A DNA stretch of 64,000 bases from NCBI GenBank assembly GCA_032027165.1, contig JAVSMO010000001.1, positions 189,950-253,949 of the forward strand, written 5' to 3'. This DNA is from Denitratisoma sp. GTDB taxonomy: Bacteria; Pseudomonadota; Gammaproteobacteria; Burkholderiales; Rhodocyclaceae. Shown here piece after piece: positions 35,474 through 46,123 of this stretch. The position numbers were made by a program, and so were the translations under genes. The notes under the pieces are model-generated. The model ran no database searches. It was given only the letters and a program-made list of their open reading frames with translations, and was not told where the DNA came from. Numbering within the stretch: the stretch's first letter is position 1; each line of letters begins with the position of its first letter.

Positions 35474-37006
35474 TCAGCCTTTCTTCCAGAATCGCTTGAT
35501 GGTGCGCAGGCGCCGGATGCCCTGCAAAGCCAGTCTGCACAGGACGGCGTGGCGCGGTCCGTGCCACCCTCCCGTGAGGGCGACCGCCTCGCGCAGCGCC
35601 GGGTCGCTGCCCATGCACTGCATCAGCAGGGGGCCGGCGCGCGACAGGTCGTTGAGCGCGCCGAGGCTGTCCTGCAGGGCGGTGAGGATGGCGAGGGCCT
35701 TGCGCGCCTCCCGCTCCCGGTAGAGCGGTGCGAAGAATTCGATGGCGTAGCGCAGCCGTTTCACGCCGATGCGCAGCGCATGCAGGCTGGCAGGGTCGGC
35801 GTTCCCGGCTGCGTCGGCGAGGGCCAGCGCCTTGCGGTGCAGCCGGTTGAGGCGGCGGGCGGCGAAGGCCGCCAGCGTTTCCTCCGCCGGGGCGCCGCGC
35901 TGCCCGCCTGCGGTGCGCTGCAGGCGGGCATTGAAGTCGAGCAGGGAACGGGCGTGCGAGGAAGAGGCCAGCGCTTCCCGCAGGGCGGCATGTGCCTGTC
36001 GGCGCGCCTGCCCGACGGATTTTGCCAATGCCGCCATCTGGGCGTTGTCGGCAAAGGCAGCTTGGGCCGGCCCGACGATCTCTGCCGCCAGCACGTCCCA
36101 GTCGCGTGCTCCGCCGAGGCTGCGCGACAGGTCGCGAATCGGCGGGACCACGGCCTGCTCGAAGCCGGCCGGCAGCGCCGGCCGGAAGGTGCGCAGGGCT
36201 GAACGCAGCCGTCGCAGCGCCACGCGCATCTGGTGGATGAATTCCGGATCCTGCTCGCCGGCGCCGAGCGTGTTCCATTGCAGTTGCGCGATGCAGGCGG
36301 CGGCGATGGCGCGAAAAGCGTCCAGCGGCGCCTGTGCCGCGCGGAGCGGCGAGGGCGCGGCCTTGACCGGCTTCAGCGGCGTGCCCAGGCGCAGCCGGTA
36401 GCCGCGCTCCGCCTTGGAGAGAATCTCGGGCCGCAGCGGCAGATCGGCGGCCAGGGCGAGCGCGAGGTCGAACAGGGCATCCGTCCTTCCTTGCTCCAGC
36501 TCGATCTCGATTTCGGACAAGGCCTGGCGCTCGTCGCCGGCTTCGATCCAGCCGCGGTCGAGCATGAGCAGGATGGCGCCGCCTTGCGCCGGCCGCAGCC
36601 GCCAGGCCTGGCGCTTGAAGACGGTCTCGAAGGCCGGCTCGAGATGCGAACGGATGCGCTGCCGCTCGAGCAGCGCGCGCAGCCGCGGGTCGTCGATGCC
36701 GGCGAAATCGAAGCGCCCGCGGTAGGGCCGCTCCCATTCCGGCCGCACGGCGAGGCCGCCGCTCGTCGTGCCCGCGCACTTGACGGTCTGCAGCCAGCCG
36801 CGCCCCTGCCGGCGCGTACGCAGGGCGACGCCCTTGCGGTGCAGGGCCAGGTCGGGCGTGTCGTAATAGACGTTGACGAGTTTGCGGGCGGCGAGCTTTT
36901 CCGCCTCTCGCAGGAGCGGATGGCGCAGGAAGGCGCGGTGCGCCGAGGCCGGCAGCGACAGCTTGATTTCGACTTCTTCCTTCATGAGACGGGCATTATC
37001 GCCCAT
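35474..37006 (-). CDS. CYTH-CHAD domain protein (triphosphate tunnel metalloenzyme fused to polyphosphate-granule-associated CHAD domain)
   Basis: The N-terminal EVEIKL motif opens a CYTH fold. The C-terminal 280 aa are helical and rich in His/Arg (HQMRVALRRLRS, LHALRIGVKRLRY), typical of CHAD. The stop lies 2 nt before the sixA start. Confidence 0.8.
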   Translation of the reverse strand: MGDNARLMKEEVEIKLSLPASAHRAFLRHPLLREAEKLAARKLVNVYYDTPDLALHRKGVALRTRRQGRGWLQTVKCAGTTSGGLAVRPEWERPYRGRFDFAGIDDPRLRALLERQRIRSHLEPAFETVFKRQAWRLRPAQGGAILLMLDRGWIEAGDERQALSEIEIELEQGRTDALFDLALALAADLPLRPEILSKAERGYRLRLGTPLKPVKAAPSPLRAAQAPLDAFRAIAAACIAQLQWNTLGAGEQDPEFIHQMRVALRRLRSALRTFRPALPAGFEQAVVPPIRDLSRSLGGARDWDVLAAEIVGPAQAAFADNAQMAALAKSVGQARRQAHAALREALASSSHARSLLDFNARLQRTAGGQRGAPAEETLAAFAARRLNRLHRKALALADAAGNADPASLHALRIGVKRLRYAIEFFAPLYREREARKALAILTALQDSLGALNDLSRAGPLLMQCMGSDPALREAVALTGGWHGPRHAVLCRLALQGIRRLRTIKRFWKKG

Positions 37007-37022
37007 CTGGCGCGCCGATAAG

Positions 37023-38236
37023 CTATTGGTAGCGGAGGGCCTCGATGGGGTCGAGCCGGGCCGCCTTTCTGGCCGGATAGAATCCGAAGAAAATTCCCAC
37101 GCCGGCCGCTACGGCGAAGGCGGTGAGGACCGAGCTGCCGGAGACGACGACGGTCATCTTGGCGAGCTGGTTCACCAGCAGGGCGCCGCCGACGCCGAGA
37201 AAGAGGCCGATGGCGCAGCCGATCACGGAAATGATGATGGCCTCGAGCAGGAACTGGGCGAGGATGTCGCGCTCGCGCGCGCCGATCGCCATGCGGATGC
37301 CGATCTCCCGCGTGCGCTCGGTGACCGAGACCAGCATGATGTTCATGATGCCGATGCCGCCCACCAGCAGCGACACCGAGGCGATGGCCCCGAGCAGCAG
37401 CGACATGACGCGCGTCGTCTCGGCCGCCGTGTCGGCCACCGCGGTGAGGTTGCGCAGGGTGAAGTCGTTGTCGGCGCTGTCGCGCAGGCGGTGGCGCTGG
37501 CGCAGCAGCGCCTCGATGGATTTCTCCACCGCCGGCATCGCCTCGGCCGAGCTGGCCTTCACCAGGATCTGGCGCACCGAACCCTGGAAGGGGGTGCCGA
37601 ACACCTTGCGCTGGGCGGTGGTGAGAGGCATCACCACCAGGTCGTCCTGGTCGCGCCCCTCGAGGTTCTGGCCCTTCGGCGCCAGCACGCCGAGGACGGT
37701 GAAGGGCGCCTGGCCGATGCGGAAGGTCTTGCCGACCGGGTTCTCGTCGCCGAACAGGTTCTGCGCGACGGTGCGGCCGACCAGCGCCACGCGGGTGGCG
37801 GCGCGCACGTCGGAGTCGGTGAAGGAGGCGCCGTCGGCGATCGGCCAGGAGCGCGCATCGAGGTAGGCGGGCGTGGTGCCCTGCACCCAGGCGTTCCAGT
37901 TGTTCGGGCCGTAGACCATCTGCACCGAGCCCCAGTGCACCGGGGCGACGGTGTCGACGCCGTCCAGTTCGGCGATGGCATTGGCGTCGGCGACGTTGAG
38001 CGTCGGCGCGCTGCCGCTGCCGGTTCGCACGCCGCCCGCCGAGGTGTAGCCGGAGAGGACGACGAAGATGTTGCTGCCCATCGAGCTGATGGTCTGCGCC
38101 ACGGCGTACTGCGCGCCCTGGCCGATGGCCATCATCAGCACCACGGCGCCGACGCCGATCACCATGCCGAGCATGGTGAGCAGGGTGCGCAGCCGGTTGG
38201 CGCCCATGGCGCGCCAGGCCTCGTGCAGCATGGCGC

Positions 38237-38243
<7 letters not shown>
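37023..38243 (-). CDS. MacB/FtsX-type ABC transporter permease (separate polypeptide)
   Basis: N-terminal AWRAMGANRLRTLLTMLGMVIGVGAVV, a large periplasmic loop, and C-terminal FtsX helices (REIGIRMAIGA). Confidence 0.88.
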
Positions 38244-38952
<709 letters not shown>

Positions 38953-38953
<1 letters not shown>

Positions 38954-40182
38954 CAGAACAGCCTCATGCGGAAGGTGCTCGATGAGGCGGCCGGCGAGGC
39001 GTTCGGCAGGTTTTCGCCCGTGATCACCTTGTCGCCTTCCTTCAGCTCGCCGCCGGCGACCTCGGTGAAACGGGAATCGGTGATCCCGGTGCTGACCTTG
39101 ACGGCCTTGAGCCGGCCTTCCTCGAGGACATGCACGGTGCCGCTGCCGGCATCGCGCCGCCGCTTTTCGCCGCCGGACTGGCCGCCGGGCCGGCTGCCGT
39201 TGGCGGATTTTGCGGGTTCGCCGTCGACCTTCTCGGCGGGCTTGCCTGCCTTGTCCGCTTCGGCGGGCTTGAAGCGCAGCGCGGTATTGGGCACCAGCAG
39301 CACGCCCTTCTTCTGCGCCACCACGATGCTGACGTAGGCGGTCATGCCGGGCAGCAGGGTCTGCTCGGGATTCTCCACGGCGACGACGACGTTGTAGGTC
39401 ACCACGTTCTGCTGCGTCGTCGGGTTGAGGCGGATCTGCTTCACCTTGCCGCGGAAGCTGCGGTTGGGGAAGGCGTCGACGTTGAAGCGCACCGGCTGGT
39501 CGACGCGGATCGCCCCGATGTCGGCCTCGGCGAAGGTGGTGTAGATCTGCATCTGCGTCAGGTCCTGCGCGATCTTGAACAGCGTCGGCGTCTGGAAGCT
39601 GGCGGCGACCGTCTGCCCGACGTCGATCTGCCTGTCGACCACCACGCCGGACACCGGCGAGCGGATCACCGAGTAGCCGAGGTTGGCGCGGTCGCGGTCG
39701 TTCTGCGCGCGGGTGAGCCGGGCCTGCGCTTCCGCCGCCTCGCGCGCCTGCACCGCCTGGTCGAGTTCCTGGCGCGAGATGTATTCCTGCTGGAAGAGCG
39801 ATTTCATCCGGGCTTCATTCGCGCGCGCGAGCTGCAGCGAGGCTTGTGCGCTGGCGACGCTGGCATCGCTCTGCCGCACCTGCGCCGAATAGATGGCATC
39901 GTCGAGTTCCGCCAGCACCTGTCCGGCCTTGACCTGGTCGTTGAAGTCGACATGCAGCTTCTTCACGGTGCCTGACACCTGGGTGCCGACGCTGACCAGC
40001 GTCACCGGGTTGAGCGTGCCGTTGGCGGAGACCGTCTGGGTGACGTCGCCTTTGGCCAGTGCCTGCGTCTTGTAGCGCTGCTCCGGGCTGGCGGCGGCCT
40101 TCTTCTGATAGAGGTAGTAGCCGGCGCCCGCTACCAGGCAGGCAGCGACGGCGAATACGACGGTTTTCTTCACGTGCATCAT
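38953..40182 (-). CDS. HlyD/MacA-family periplasmic adaptor
   Basis: N-terminal TM helix, coiled-coil hairpin, beta-barrel and lipoyl-like motifs. Overlaps both neighbours. Confidence 0.88.
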
Positions 40183-41606
40183 GGACGGTCTTTCTGCGAG
40201 GCGGGGGCCGCGGCTTGCGGTGCGAGGTCGGTGAGCAGTCCCGAGTCCAGCGCGCCCATGGCCTGCGCCAGGGCGGCGCGCGAGACGAACCAGTTGGTGC
40301 CGGCCTGGATGCGCTGCTGCCGCGCGTTGGCCAGCGCCACCTGGGCGGTGAGCAGGTCGAGGATGCTGCCGACGCCGGCGCGGTAGCGGCCGGCGGCGAC
40401 CCGCTCCGACTGCGTCGCGCTTTCCAGCAGATCTTCGGCGGTTTTCACCGACTGGGTGGCGGTGGCGAGGTTGGCATGGGCGTTCCAGACGTCGAGCGCC
40501 ACCTGCAGGCGCACCTGCTCGCGCCGCGCCGACTGGAGATCGGCCTGGGCTTCCGCCGCCCGCACCTTGTAGGTGGTGGAGAAGCCGCTGAAGAGCGGGA
40601 TGTTCACGCTGAGGCCGATGCTGGAGCTGTCATAGGCCGGCTGGCCGGCGATCTGGCTGCGGCCGGCGCCGACGCCCAGCGAGACTGTCGGCAAGTGCGC
40701 GGCCTTCGCCGCATCGATGTTTGCCCGGGCGGCGCGGAACTGCGCCTCCGCCGCGGCAAGGTCGGGGCGCCGCGTGCGTGCCTCCTCGATCAGGCGCGTG
40801 ACGTCGGCTTCGAAACCCGCGCCCGGTGCGGCGGCCGGCAGCGGCGCCAGCGTCAGCGCCAGCGTCGGATCGATGCCGATGACGTTGGCGAGCGTCCCCT
40901 GCGCGGTCTTCACGGCGCCTTCGGCGCCGATGCGGTTGAGCACGGCCTGGGCATGGGCCGTCCGCGCCTGCAGGCGGTCGGCCGGGGTGGCGGTGCCGAC
41001 GCGGTAGCGGGCTTCGGCGGCATTCAGCGATTCGAGGGCGGCCTTCTCCGACAGCCGAGAGGCCTCCAGCACGGCGTCGGCGGCCTGGCGCTGGAAGAAG
41101 GCCTGCACGGCAGCCAGGAAGATCGCCTGCACGGTGGCGTCGCGCGCGAACGAGGCGGCGGCAAACAGCTGGCGGGCGTTTTCCAGCGAGGCCGAGCGGG
41201 CGCCGAAATCGAACAGCACCCAGGACAGGTCGGCGTCGACAGAGCGCTGCGTGTAGGGGTCGCTGCCGCGCGCCGCCTCGTTGCGGATGCGCGCGACCGA
41301 GGCGCCGGCCGAGACGGAGGGCAGGAAGGCGGACTGCGCCACGCCGACCTGGGCCGCCTGCACGCGGGCGCTGGCCCAGCCCTGGCGCGTCTGCGGGTTG
41401 TTGCAAAGGGCGAGGTCCACCACCGCGGCCAGGTCGAGCGGACTGGCGAGATCGGCGGGCTGGCAGGGCGCCGGCGCGGGATGCAGACCCGCCATCGGCG
41501 GCACGGCCTCGAGCGCGCCGAAGGGATCGGCCGCCAGCGCCGGCGTCGCGGCAAGGGCAGCGGCCAGTATCCCGCGCCGCAGCGCCAGGAAAAAGTCAGT
41601 CTCCAT
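40179..41606 (-). CDS. TolC-family outer-membrane efflux protein
   Basis: Signal peptide plus two repeated halves of helical/beta motifs. ATGA overlap with the adaptor gene. Confidence 0.85.
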   Translation of the reverse strand: METDFFLALRRGILAAALAATPALAADPFGALEAVPPMAGLHPAPAPCQPADLASPLDLAAVVDLALCNNPQTRQGWASARVQAAQVGVAQSAFLPSVSAGASVARIRNEAARGSDPYTQRSVDADLSWVLFDFGARSASLENARQLFAAASFARDATVQAIFLAAVQAFFQRQAADAVLEASRLSEKAALESLNAAEARYRVGTATPADRLQARTAHAQAVLNRIGAEGAVKTAQGTLANVIGIDPTLALTLAPLPAAAPGAGFEADVTRLIEEARTRRPDLAAAEAQFRAARANIDAAKAAHLPTVSLGVGAGRSQIAGQPAYDSSSIGLSVNIPLFSGFSTTYKVRAAEAQADLQSARREQVRLQVALDVWNAHANLATATQSVKTAEDLLESATQSERVAAGRYRAGVGSILDLLTAQVALANARQQRIQAGTNWFVSRAALAQAMGALDSGLLTDLAPQAAAPASQKDRP

Positions 41607-41705
41607 GGTACGGCGAATTCTACCGTGCCATGCCGCAGTGCAATGTAATGGAATGTAACGGGCCGGTCGCCGCGCCGTCCTGCGGGAACCGACTTACTTT
41701 CGTTC

Positions 41706-43421
41706 TCAGGCGATGCCGGGATTGCCGTCCATGCCGATCAGCTTCGGCGCGTTGAGCTGGCGCGGCGCGACGACCTTCCTGTCGCGTAGCCACTTCGCCA
41801 CGACATCCCAGATCGGCTCGCCGCTGGCGCCTTCGGCCACCGGCGCCCAGCCGGCCACCTTGTAGGTCTTGTTCGCCTCGATGGGCTTGCCGTCCAGGCG
41901 CATGTCCTGGATGCGATGGCCCATGGCGGCGTTCGGATCGCAGGCATAGCTCATGCCGCCGACGCGCACCATGTCGCCGCCCTGCTGCTTGTAGGGGTCG
42001 GGGTTGACCAGGTTGTCGCAGACGTCCTCGAGGATGTTCTTGATCATCTCGCCGCTCATGTCGGTGAGCGTCGTGTAGGGATACGTGATCGCCGTCTGGT
42101 CCATGACATGCTCGAAGGCGACGGCCTGGCCGGGCAGGATGCTGGTGCCCCAGCGGAAGCCGGGCGAGAAGGCAATCTGCGCGCCCTTCACCTCCAGCAT
42201 GGCGTCGAGGATGAGCTGGTCCCAGCTGCCGTTGAAGTTGCCGCGGCGGTAGAGCAGGCCCTCGCTGACGGCCAGCTTCTCCTCCAGCTTCGCCCGGTGC
42301 GGCGCGCGCACCTTGTCGATGTAGGCGGTCATGGCCTTGTCGGCCGGCAGCAGGTTGGCGAACACCGGCAGCAGCTTGTAGCGGAAGCCCTGGACCTTGC
42401 CGCCGCGGACGTCGAAGTCGAGCACCGAGAGGAACTTGCCGTTGGAGCCGGAGTTCATCACCAGCGTCTGGCCGCCGGCGTTCTTCACCATCGAGGGCGC
42501 CGGCACGCCGTCGTGGGTGTGGCCGCCGAGGATGGCATCGATGCCGGTGACGCGGCTCGCCATCTTGAGGTCGACGTCCATGCCGTTGTGCGAGAGCACC
42601 ACCACCGCCTGGGCGCCCTTGCCGCGCGCCTCGGCGACGACCTTCTGCATTTCCTCGTCCTGCACGCCGAAGGTCCATTCCGGCGTGAAATGGCGCGGAT
42701 GGGCGATGGGGGTGTAGGGAAAGGCCTGGCCGACGATGGCCACCGGTACGCCGTTCATCCGGCGGATGACGTAGGGCTTGAACACCGGGTCGCCGAAGTC
42801 GGTGGTCTTGACGTTCTGTGCGAGGAATTCGACCTTACCGGCGAAATCCTTTTCGACGATTTCCTTGACGCGTTCGGCGCCCAGCGTGAACTCCCAATGC
42901 GGGCACATGATATCCACGCCGAGCAGCTTGCAGGCGTCGACCATGTCCTGGCCGCGGCTCCACAGCGCCGTGGCCGAGCCCTGCCAGGTGTCGCCGCCGT
43001 CGAGCAGCAGTGCGCCCGGGCGCGAGGCGCGCAGGCGCTTCACCAGCGTGGCCAGGTGGGCGAAGCCGCCGACCTTGCCGTAGGTCTGTGCCGCCGCGGC
43101 GAAATCGAGGTAGGTGAAGGCATGCGCCTCGATGCTCTTCGGCTTGATGTTGAAGGCCTTGAGCAGGTGCTCGCCGACCAGGTGTGGCGCCTTGCCCTGC
43201 GCCCCGCCCAGGCCGAGGTTGACGTTCGGCTCGCGGAAATAGATCGGCAGCAGCTGGGCGTGACAGTCGGTGAAGTGCAGGAAATGCACGTTGCCGTAGC
43301 GCGGCAGGTCGTAGAGCTTCTCGCCGCCCTGGGCAGCGAGAAGCTGGCGGCTGTCGAGGGCGAAGCCGGCCGCGGAGGCGGCGGCGAGGATCTGCAGGAA
43401 TTCTCTGCGGTTCATGGACAT
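41706..43421 (-). CDS. soxB: Thiosulfohydrolase SoxB
   Basis: Tat leader MSMNRREFLQ. Dimetallo-phosphoesterase/5'-nucleotidase fold (HFTDCHAQ, GGDTWQGS, LSHNG, GGHTHD). Confidence 0.92.
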   Translation of the reverse strand: MSMNRREFLQILAAASAAGFALDSRQLLAAQGGEKLYDLPRYGNVHFLHFTDCHAQLLPIYFREPNVNLGLGGAQGKAPHLVGEHLLKAFNIKPKSIEAHAFTYLDFAAAAQTYGKVGGFAHLATLVKRLRASRPGALLLDGGDTWQGSATALWSRGQDMVDACKLLGVDIMCPHWEFTLGAERVKEIVEKDFAGKVEFLAQNVKTTDFGDPVFKPYVIRRMNGVPVAIVGQAFPYTPIAHPRHFTPEWTFGVQDEEMQKVVAEARGKGAQAVVVLSHNGMDVDLKMASRVTGIDAILGGHTHDGVPAPSMVKNAGGQTLVMNSGSNGKFLSVLDFDVRGGKVQGFRYKLLPVFANLLPADKAMTAYIDKVRAPHRAKLEEKLAVSEGLLYRRGNFNGSWDQLILDAMLEVKGAQIAFSPGFRWGTSILPGQAVAFEHVMDQTAITYPYTTLTDMSGEMIKNILEDVCDNLVNPDPYKQQGGDMVRVGGMSYACDPNAAMGHRIQDMRLDGKPIEANKTYKVAGWAPVAEGASGEPIWDVVAKWLRDRKVVAPRQLNAPKLIGMDGNPGIA

Positions 43422-43435
43422 GTCGGGGGGTCCTC

Positions 43436-43464
43436 AAAAAAAAGGGCTTGGCAACGCCAAGCCC
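43436..43464 (-). terminator. Intercistronic hairpin/terminator between soxX and soxB
   Basis: On the minus strand: GGGCTTGGC-GTT-GCCAAGCCC followed by TTTTTTTT. The T-run continues straight into the GAGGA RBS of soxB. Confidence 0.55.
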
Positions 43465-43482
43465 CCGTGAGCATGGTCGTTG

Positions 43483-44106
43483 TTATTTGCTGTTGACCGG
43501 CGATTGCGGATCGAGCAGCAGGGCGACGAGGTTCTTGATCTGCTGCTCGTTCAGTGCATTGACGTGGCCGAAGCGCGGCATCGCCGAGCACAGGTTGAAG
43601 GCCTTGGCGTTCCAGATCTTGCCGTAGACATACTTCTGCATGTCCGGGGTGTTGCCACGCGTCTTGCCGAACTGGTAGAGGCTCGGGCCGATGGTGCCGA
43701 AGGACATCTCGGTCGGCGAGATCTGGTGGCAGTTGTAGCAGTTGCCGCCGCCGGGCACGCCGGCCTTGTCGCTCCAGGTCATGCCGCGACCGCTCTGCGC
43801 CAGCTTCTCGCCGGCCTTCCAGTCGCCCATCAGCTTGCCGTCGGCCGGATATTTGATGGCTTCCAGCTGGTCTTTTTCGAGACGCGCGGCGACGTCCTTG
43901 GGCGGGTTGTCGCCGCTGCGGTTGCAGATGGCCTGGACGCCGTCCTCATGCAGGCGGTCGGTGGTGGCGATGCCTTTCGCCTTGAAGTCGCGCTTCATCA
44001 TGGCGACGGCCTCGGCGCGGTAGTTGCGGATGTCGTCGGCGAGCACGGCGCTGCAGGCCAAGGTGGCGGCGAGGCCGGCAATGATTTTTCTGTTCATGGC
44101 TTTCAT
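43483..44106 (-). CDS. soxX: Monoheme cytochrome c SoxX
   Basis: Start MKAMNRK (CAT at 44104-44106, GGAG RBS), signal peptide, CYNCH heme motif. Lies directly downstream of soxA. Confidence 0.85.
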   Translation of the reverse strand: MKAMNRKIIAGLAATLACSAVLADDIRNYRAEAVAMMKRDFKAKGIATTDRLHEDGVQAICNRSGDNPPKDVAARLEKDQLEAIKYPADGKLMGDWKAGEKLAQSGRGMTWSDKAGVPGGGNCYNCHQISPTEMSFGTIGPSLYQFGKTRGNTPDMQKYVYGKIWNAKAFNLCSAMPRFGHVNALNEQQIKNLVALLLDPQSPVNSK

Positions 44107-44117
44107 CTCCTGTCCCC

Positions 44118-44978
44118 TTAACGCTTGATGCCCGGGCCTTTGTACGTCTGGCCGTTGGCGGTTACGGTCATGTAGGCGAGCAGGGCGGTGATGGAATCCG
44201 AAAGATAGTTCGGCTCCGGGAAGCGCTGCTGACGGAAGCAGTCGTTCATGCGCCACTGCTGGGTGAGCATGAAGCCGCCGGTCATGCGGTAGCCCGGCCA
44301 GCCCTGATAGGCGCGGATGGCTTCCCCGGGCTTCCTCAGGTTGGGCAGGTCCTGGGTGCGAATGCGCTTGCCGTCCTCGCCGTGGCAGGAGGCGCAGGAG
44401 AAGTCGTAGGGACCGGCGCGATAGGCAAAGATCTCCTTGCCGATGTTGTAGGCCTCGATCTCCTTCGGGTGCCTCTGCGGCGCGGCAATCTTCATGTTGC
44501 GCGACTGGGCAGCAACGTAGGTGATGACGGAGACGTGGTCAGGCGTCTTGTTGACGTTGCTGAAGGGTTGCTTGCGGATGTCCGCTTCGTCGTAGCCGAG
44601 GTACTTGATCATGCAATGCACGACGCGCCGCTCGGCGTCCATGACCTGGCCGACGTCGGCGAAGTAGCGCGGCATGTGCACGTAGGCGCCCTTGACGACG
44701 CCGGCGCCGAGGCCGAGATCGCATTGCGCCATCGAGGCGCCGTTCGGCCCCTTCTTGTTCTTCCAGATGTCCTCGCCCTTGGCCTCGAACAGTTCAGCGG
44801 GGTTGTCCTCCTCGAGGACTTCGCGGAATTTCTCGAATTCCTTCGAAACCTCGCTTTTATTGGCGGGGGCGGCGGCCTTCGCCGGTGGCGGGGCCTTCTT
44901 TGCGGGCTGCTGGGCGTGCACGGCGAACGATGCCGTCAATGCCGCGGCCGCGAGGAGCATGCCAAGTCGCTGCTTCAT
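44118..44978 (-). CDS. soxA: Cytochrome c SoxA
   Basis: Start MKQRLGM (GGAGGAAGA RBS), signal peptide, CASCH heme motif. Position lies between soxZ and soxX. Confidence 0.85.
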   Translation of the reverse strand: MKQRLGMLLAAAALTASFAVHAQQPAKKAPPPAKAAAPANKSEVSKEFEKFREVLEEDNPAELFEAKGEDIWKNKKGPNGASMAQCDLGLGAGVVKGAYVHMPRYFADVGQVMDAERRVVHCMIKYLGYDEADIRKQPFSNVNKTPDHVSVITYVAAQSRNMKIAAPQRHPKEIEAYNIGKEIFAYRAGPYDFSCASCHGEDGKRIRTQDLPNLRKPGEAIRAYQGWPGYRMTGGFMLTQQWRMNDCFRQQRFPEPNYLSDSITALLAYMTVTANGQTYKGPGIKR

Positions 44979-45058
44979 GGTTCTTCCTCCTTGTGGGTGC
45001 TGCTGCATTTCCGGGACGGTCATTGCCGTCCCGGGTTGTTGTTCTGCCCCGTCCCGCC

Positions 45059-45373
45059 TCAGGCGGCGATGGTGGCTTCGTCGGTGCGCTTGTCGCCCTT
45101 GTTGTCCACCCAGTTGATGACGACCTTGTCGCCGGCCTTTGCGCCCTTGACGCGGAAGCCGAACACCGGATTGCGCGAGACCGAGGTGGCCGTCTGGCCC
45201 TGGATCACGCGCTTGCCGGCCACATCGATGGTGATCGACTGGATGTAGTGTGCGGGCACCAGGTTGCCGGCGTTGTCCTTGCGCTGACCCGTTTCCATCG
45301 GGTGGCTCATGAGGACGCGGATCTCGGCGGTGTCGCCCTTCATCTGGGCGCGGATTTTCATTGGATCTGCCAT
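45059..45373 (-). CDS. soxZ: Sulfur carrier partner SoxZ
   Basis: 104 aa: MKIRAQMKGDTAEIRVLMSHPMETG... Confidence 0.9.
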   Translation of the reverse strand: MADPMKIRAQMKGDTAEIRVLMSHPMETGQRKDNAGNLVPAHYIQSITIDVAGKRVIQGQTATSVSRNPVFGFRVKGAKAGDKVVINWVDNKGDKRTDEATIAA

Positions 45374-45410
45374 GTCGTTTCCTTCACATAGTCTTTGTCG
45401 ATGGATTCGC

Positions 45411-45884
45411 TCAGCCGCCGCAGCCGCCGACCGTGACCTTGACTTCCTTCTTGGCCCTGTAGTACTTGCCGTCCGCCGTCTTGGCGACGACTTCGACCAG
45501 GGAAGTCTGGCCCATTTTCAGTCGCAGTGCCATTTCGGGCAGGGCGCCGTTGGCGAAGTCGAAGGCGCTGGAGAGTGGCAGCGGATTCTTGTCGACCAGC
45601 ACTGCGAGCGAAATGGTGTTGGGAATGCTGCTGCTGACGTCGACCGGCACGACGGCGCCGTTTTCGGCGATATCCGGCGCCTTGATGGCGATGCCCGTGC
45701 TGTCGGCCGCACTGGCGGCGCCGATGTTCTTGAGTGCGCCCGCCATGTCCTTGGCCTCGAAGGCGGCGCGGTTGTATTCGGCGGCCAGCACCTGGGAAGG
45801 CTTGAGCACGCCGGCCGCTATGGCCGCCGCGATCGCCCCGGTGGCGCCCGCCCCTTTCAGCAGGGTTCTGCGCAATGCATCCAT
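45411..45884 (-). CDS. soxY: Sulfur carrier protein SoxY
   Basis: Tat-like leader RRTLLKGAG. The C-terminal VTVGGCGG carries the carrier cysteine motif. Confidence 0.92.
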   Translation of the reverse strand: MDALRRTLLKGAGATGAIAAAIAAGVLKPSQVLAAEYNRAAFEAKDMAGALKNIGAASAADSTGIAIKAPDIAENGAVVPVDVSSSIPNTISLAVLVDKNPLPLSSAFDFANGALPEMALRLKMGQTSLVEVVAKTADGKYYRAKKEVKVTVGGCGG

Positions 45885-46123
45885 CCGTGTGACTCCTATG
45901 TTGTTGGCTCGTCTGCCGATTCGGAAGGCATGACGATGTAGCAGTGAGATTCAGTCCAAAGCCGACAGGTTCCCGGTCAACTTGTGGTTGTGGAGCGTGA
46001 CACGCAAAGGACCTGTCCGGACTCTAGCCGTTAAAGCGCGGCAGGACAACTCACTGGTATTGATTGAAAAATAAGCCTTGCCAATTTCAGTATCGGCTAA
46101 TACTTGCAACCGTAAAGCAATGA

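Noticed and set aside
34983-36779. 598-aa ORF-track entry treated as one gene
   Set aside because: Only the last 162 aa match SixA. The remainder is an Arg/Pro/Ala-rich shadow of the CYTH-CHAD gene, which is in another frame.
40059-43496. Long plus-strand ORFs (529 aa and 526 aa) opposite the tolC-like and soxB genes
   Set aside because: They are antisense shadows. The sense genes have a signal or Tat leader and family motifs.
45885-46123. 87-aa ORF (45951-46214, minus) and possible sRNA in the AT-richer moaC-soxY spacer
   Set aside because: The ORF overlaps the moaC 3' end and has no RBS or motif. The spacer is more simply the sox promoter region. I found only weak -35/-10-like hexamers and a 5-bp hairpin, which is not enough to annotate.
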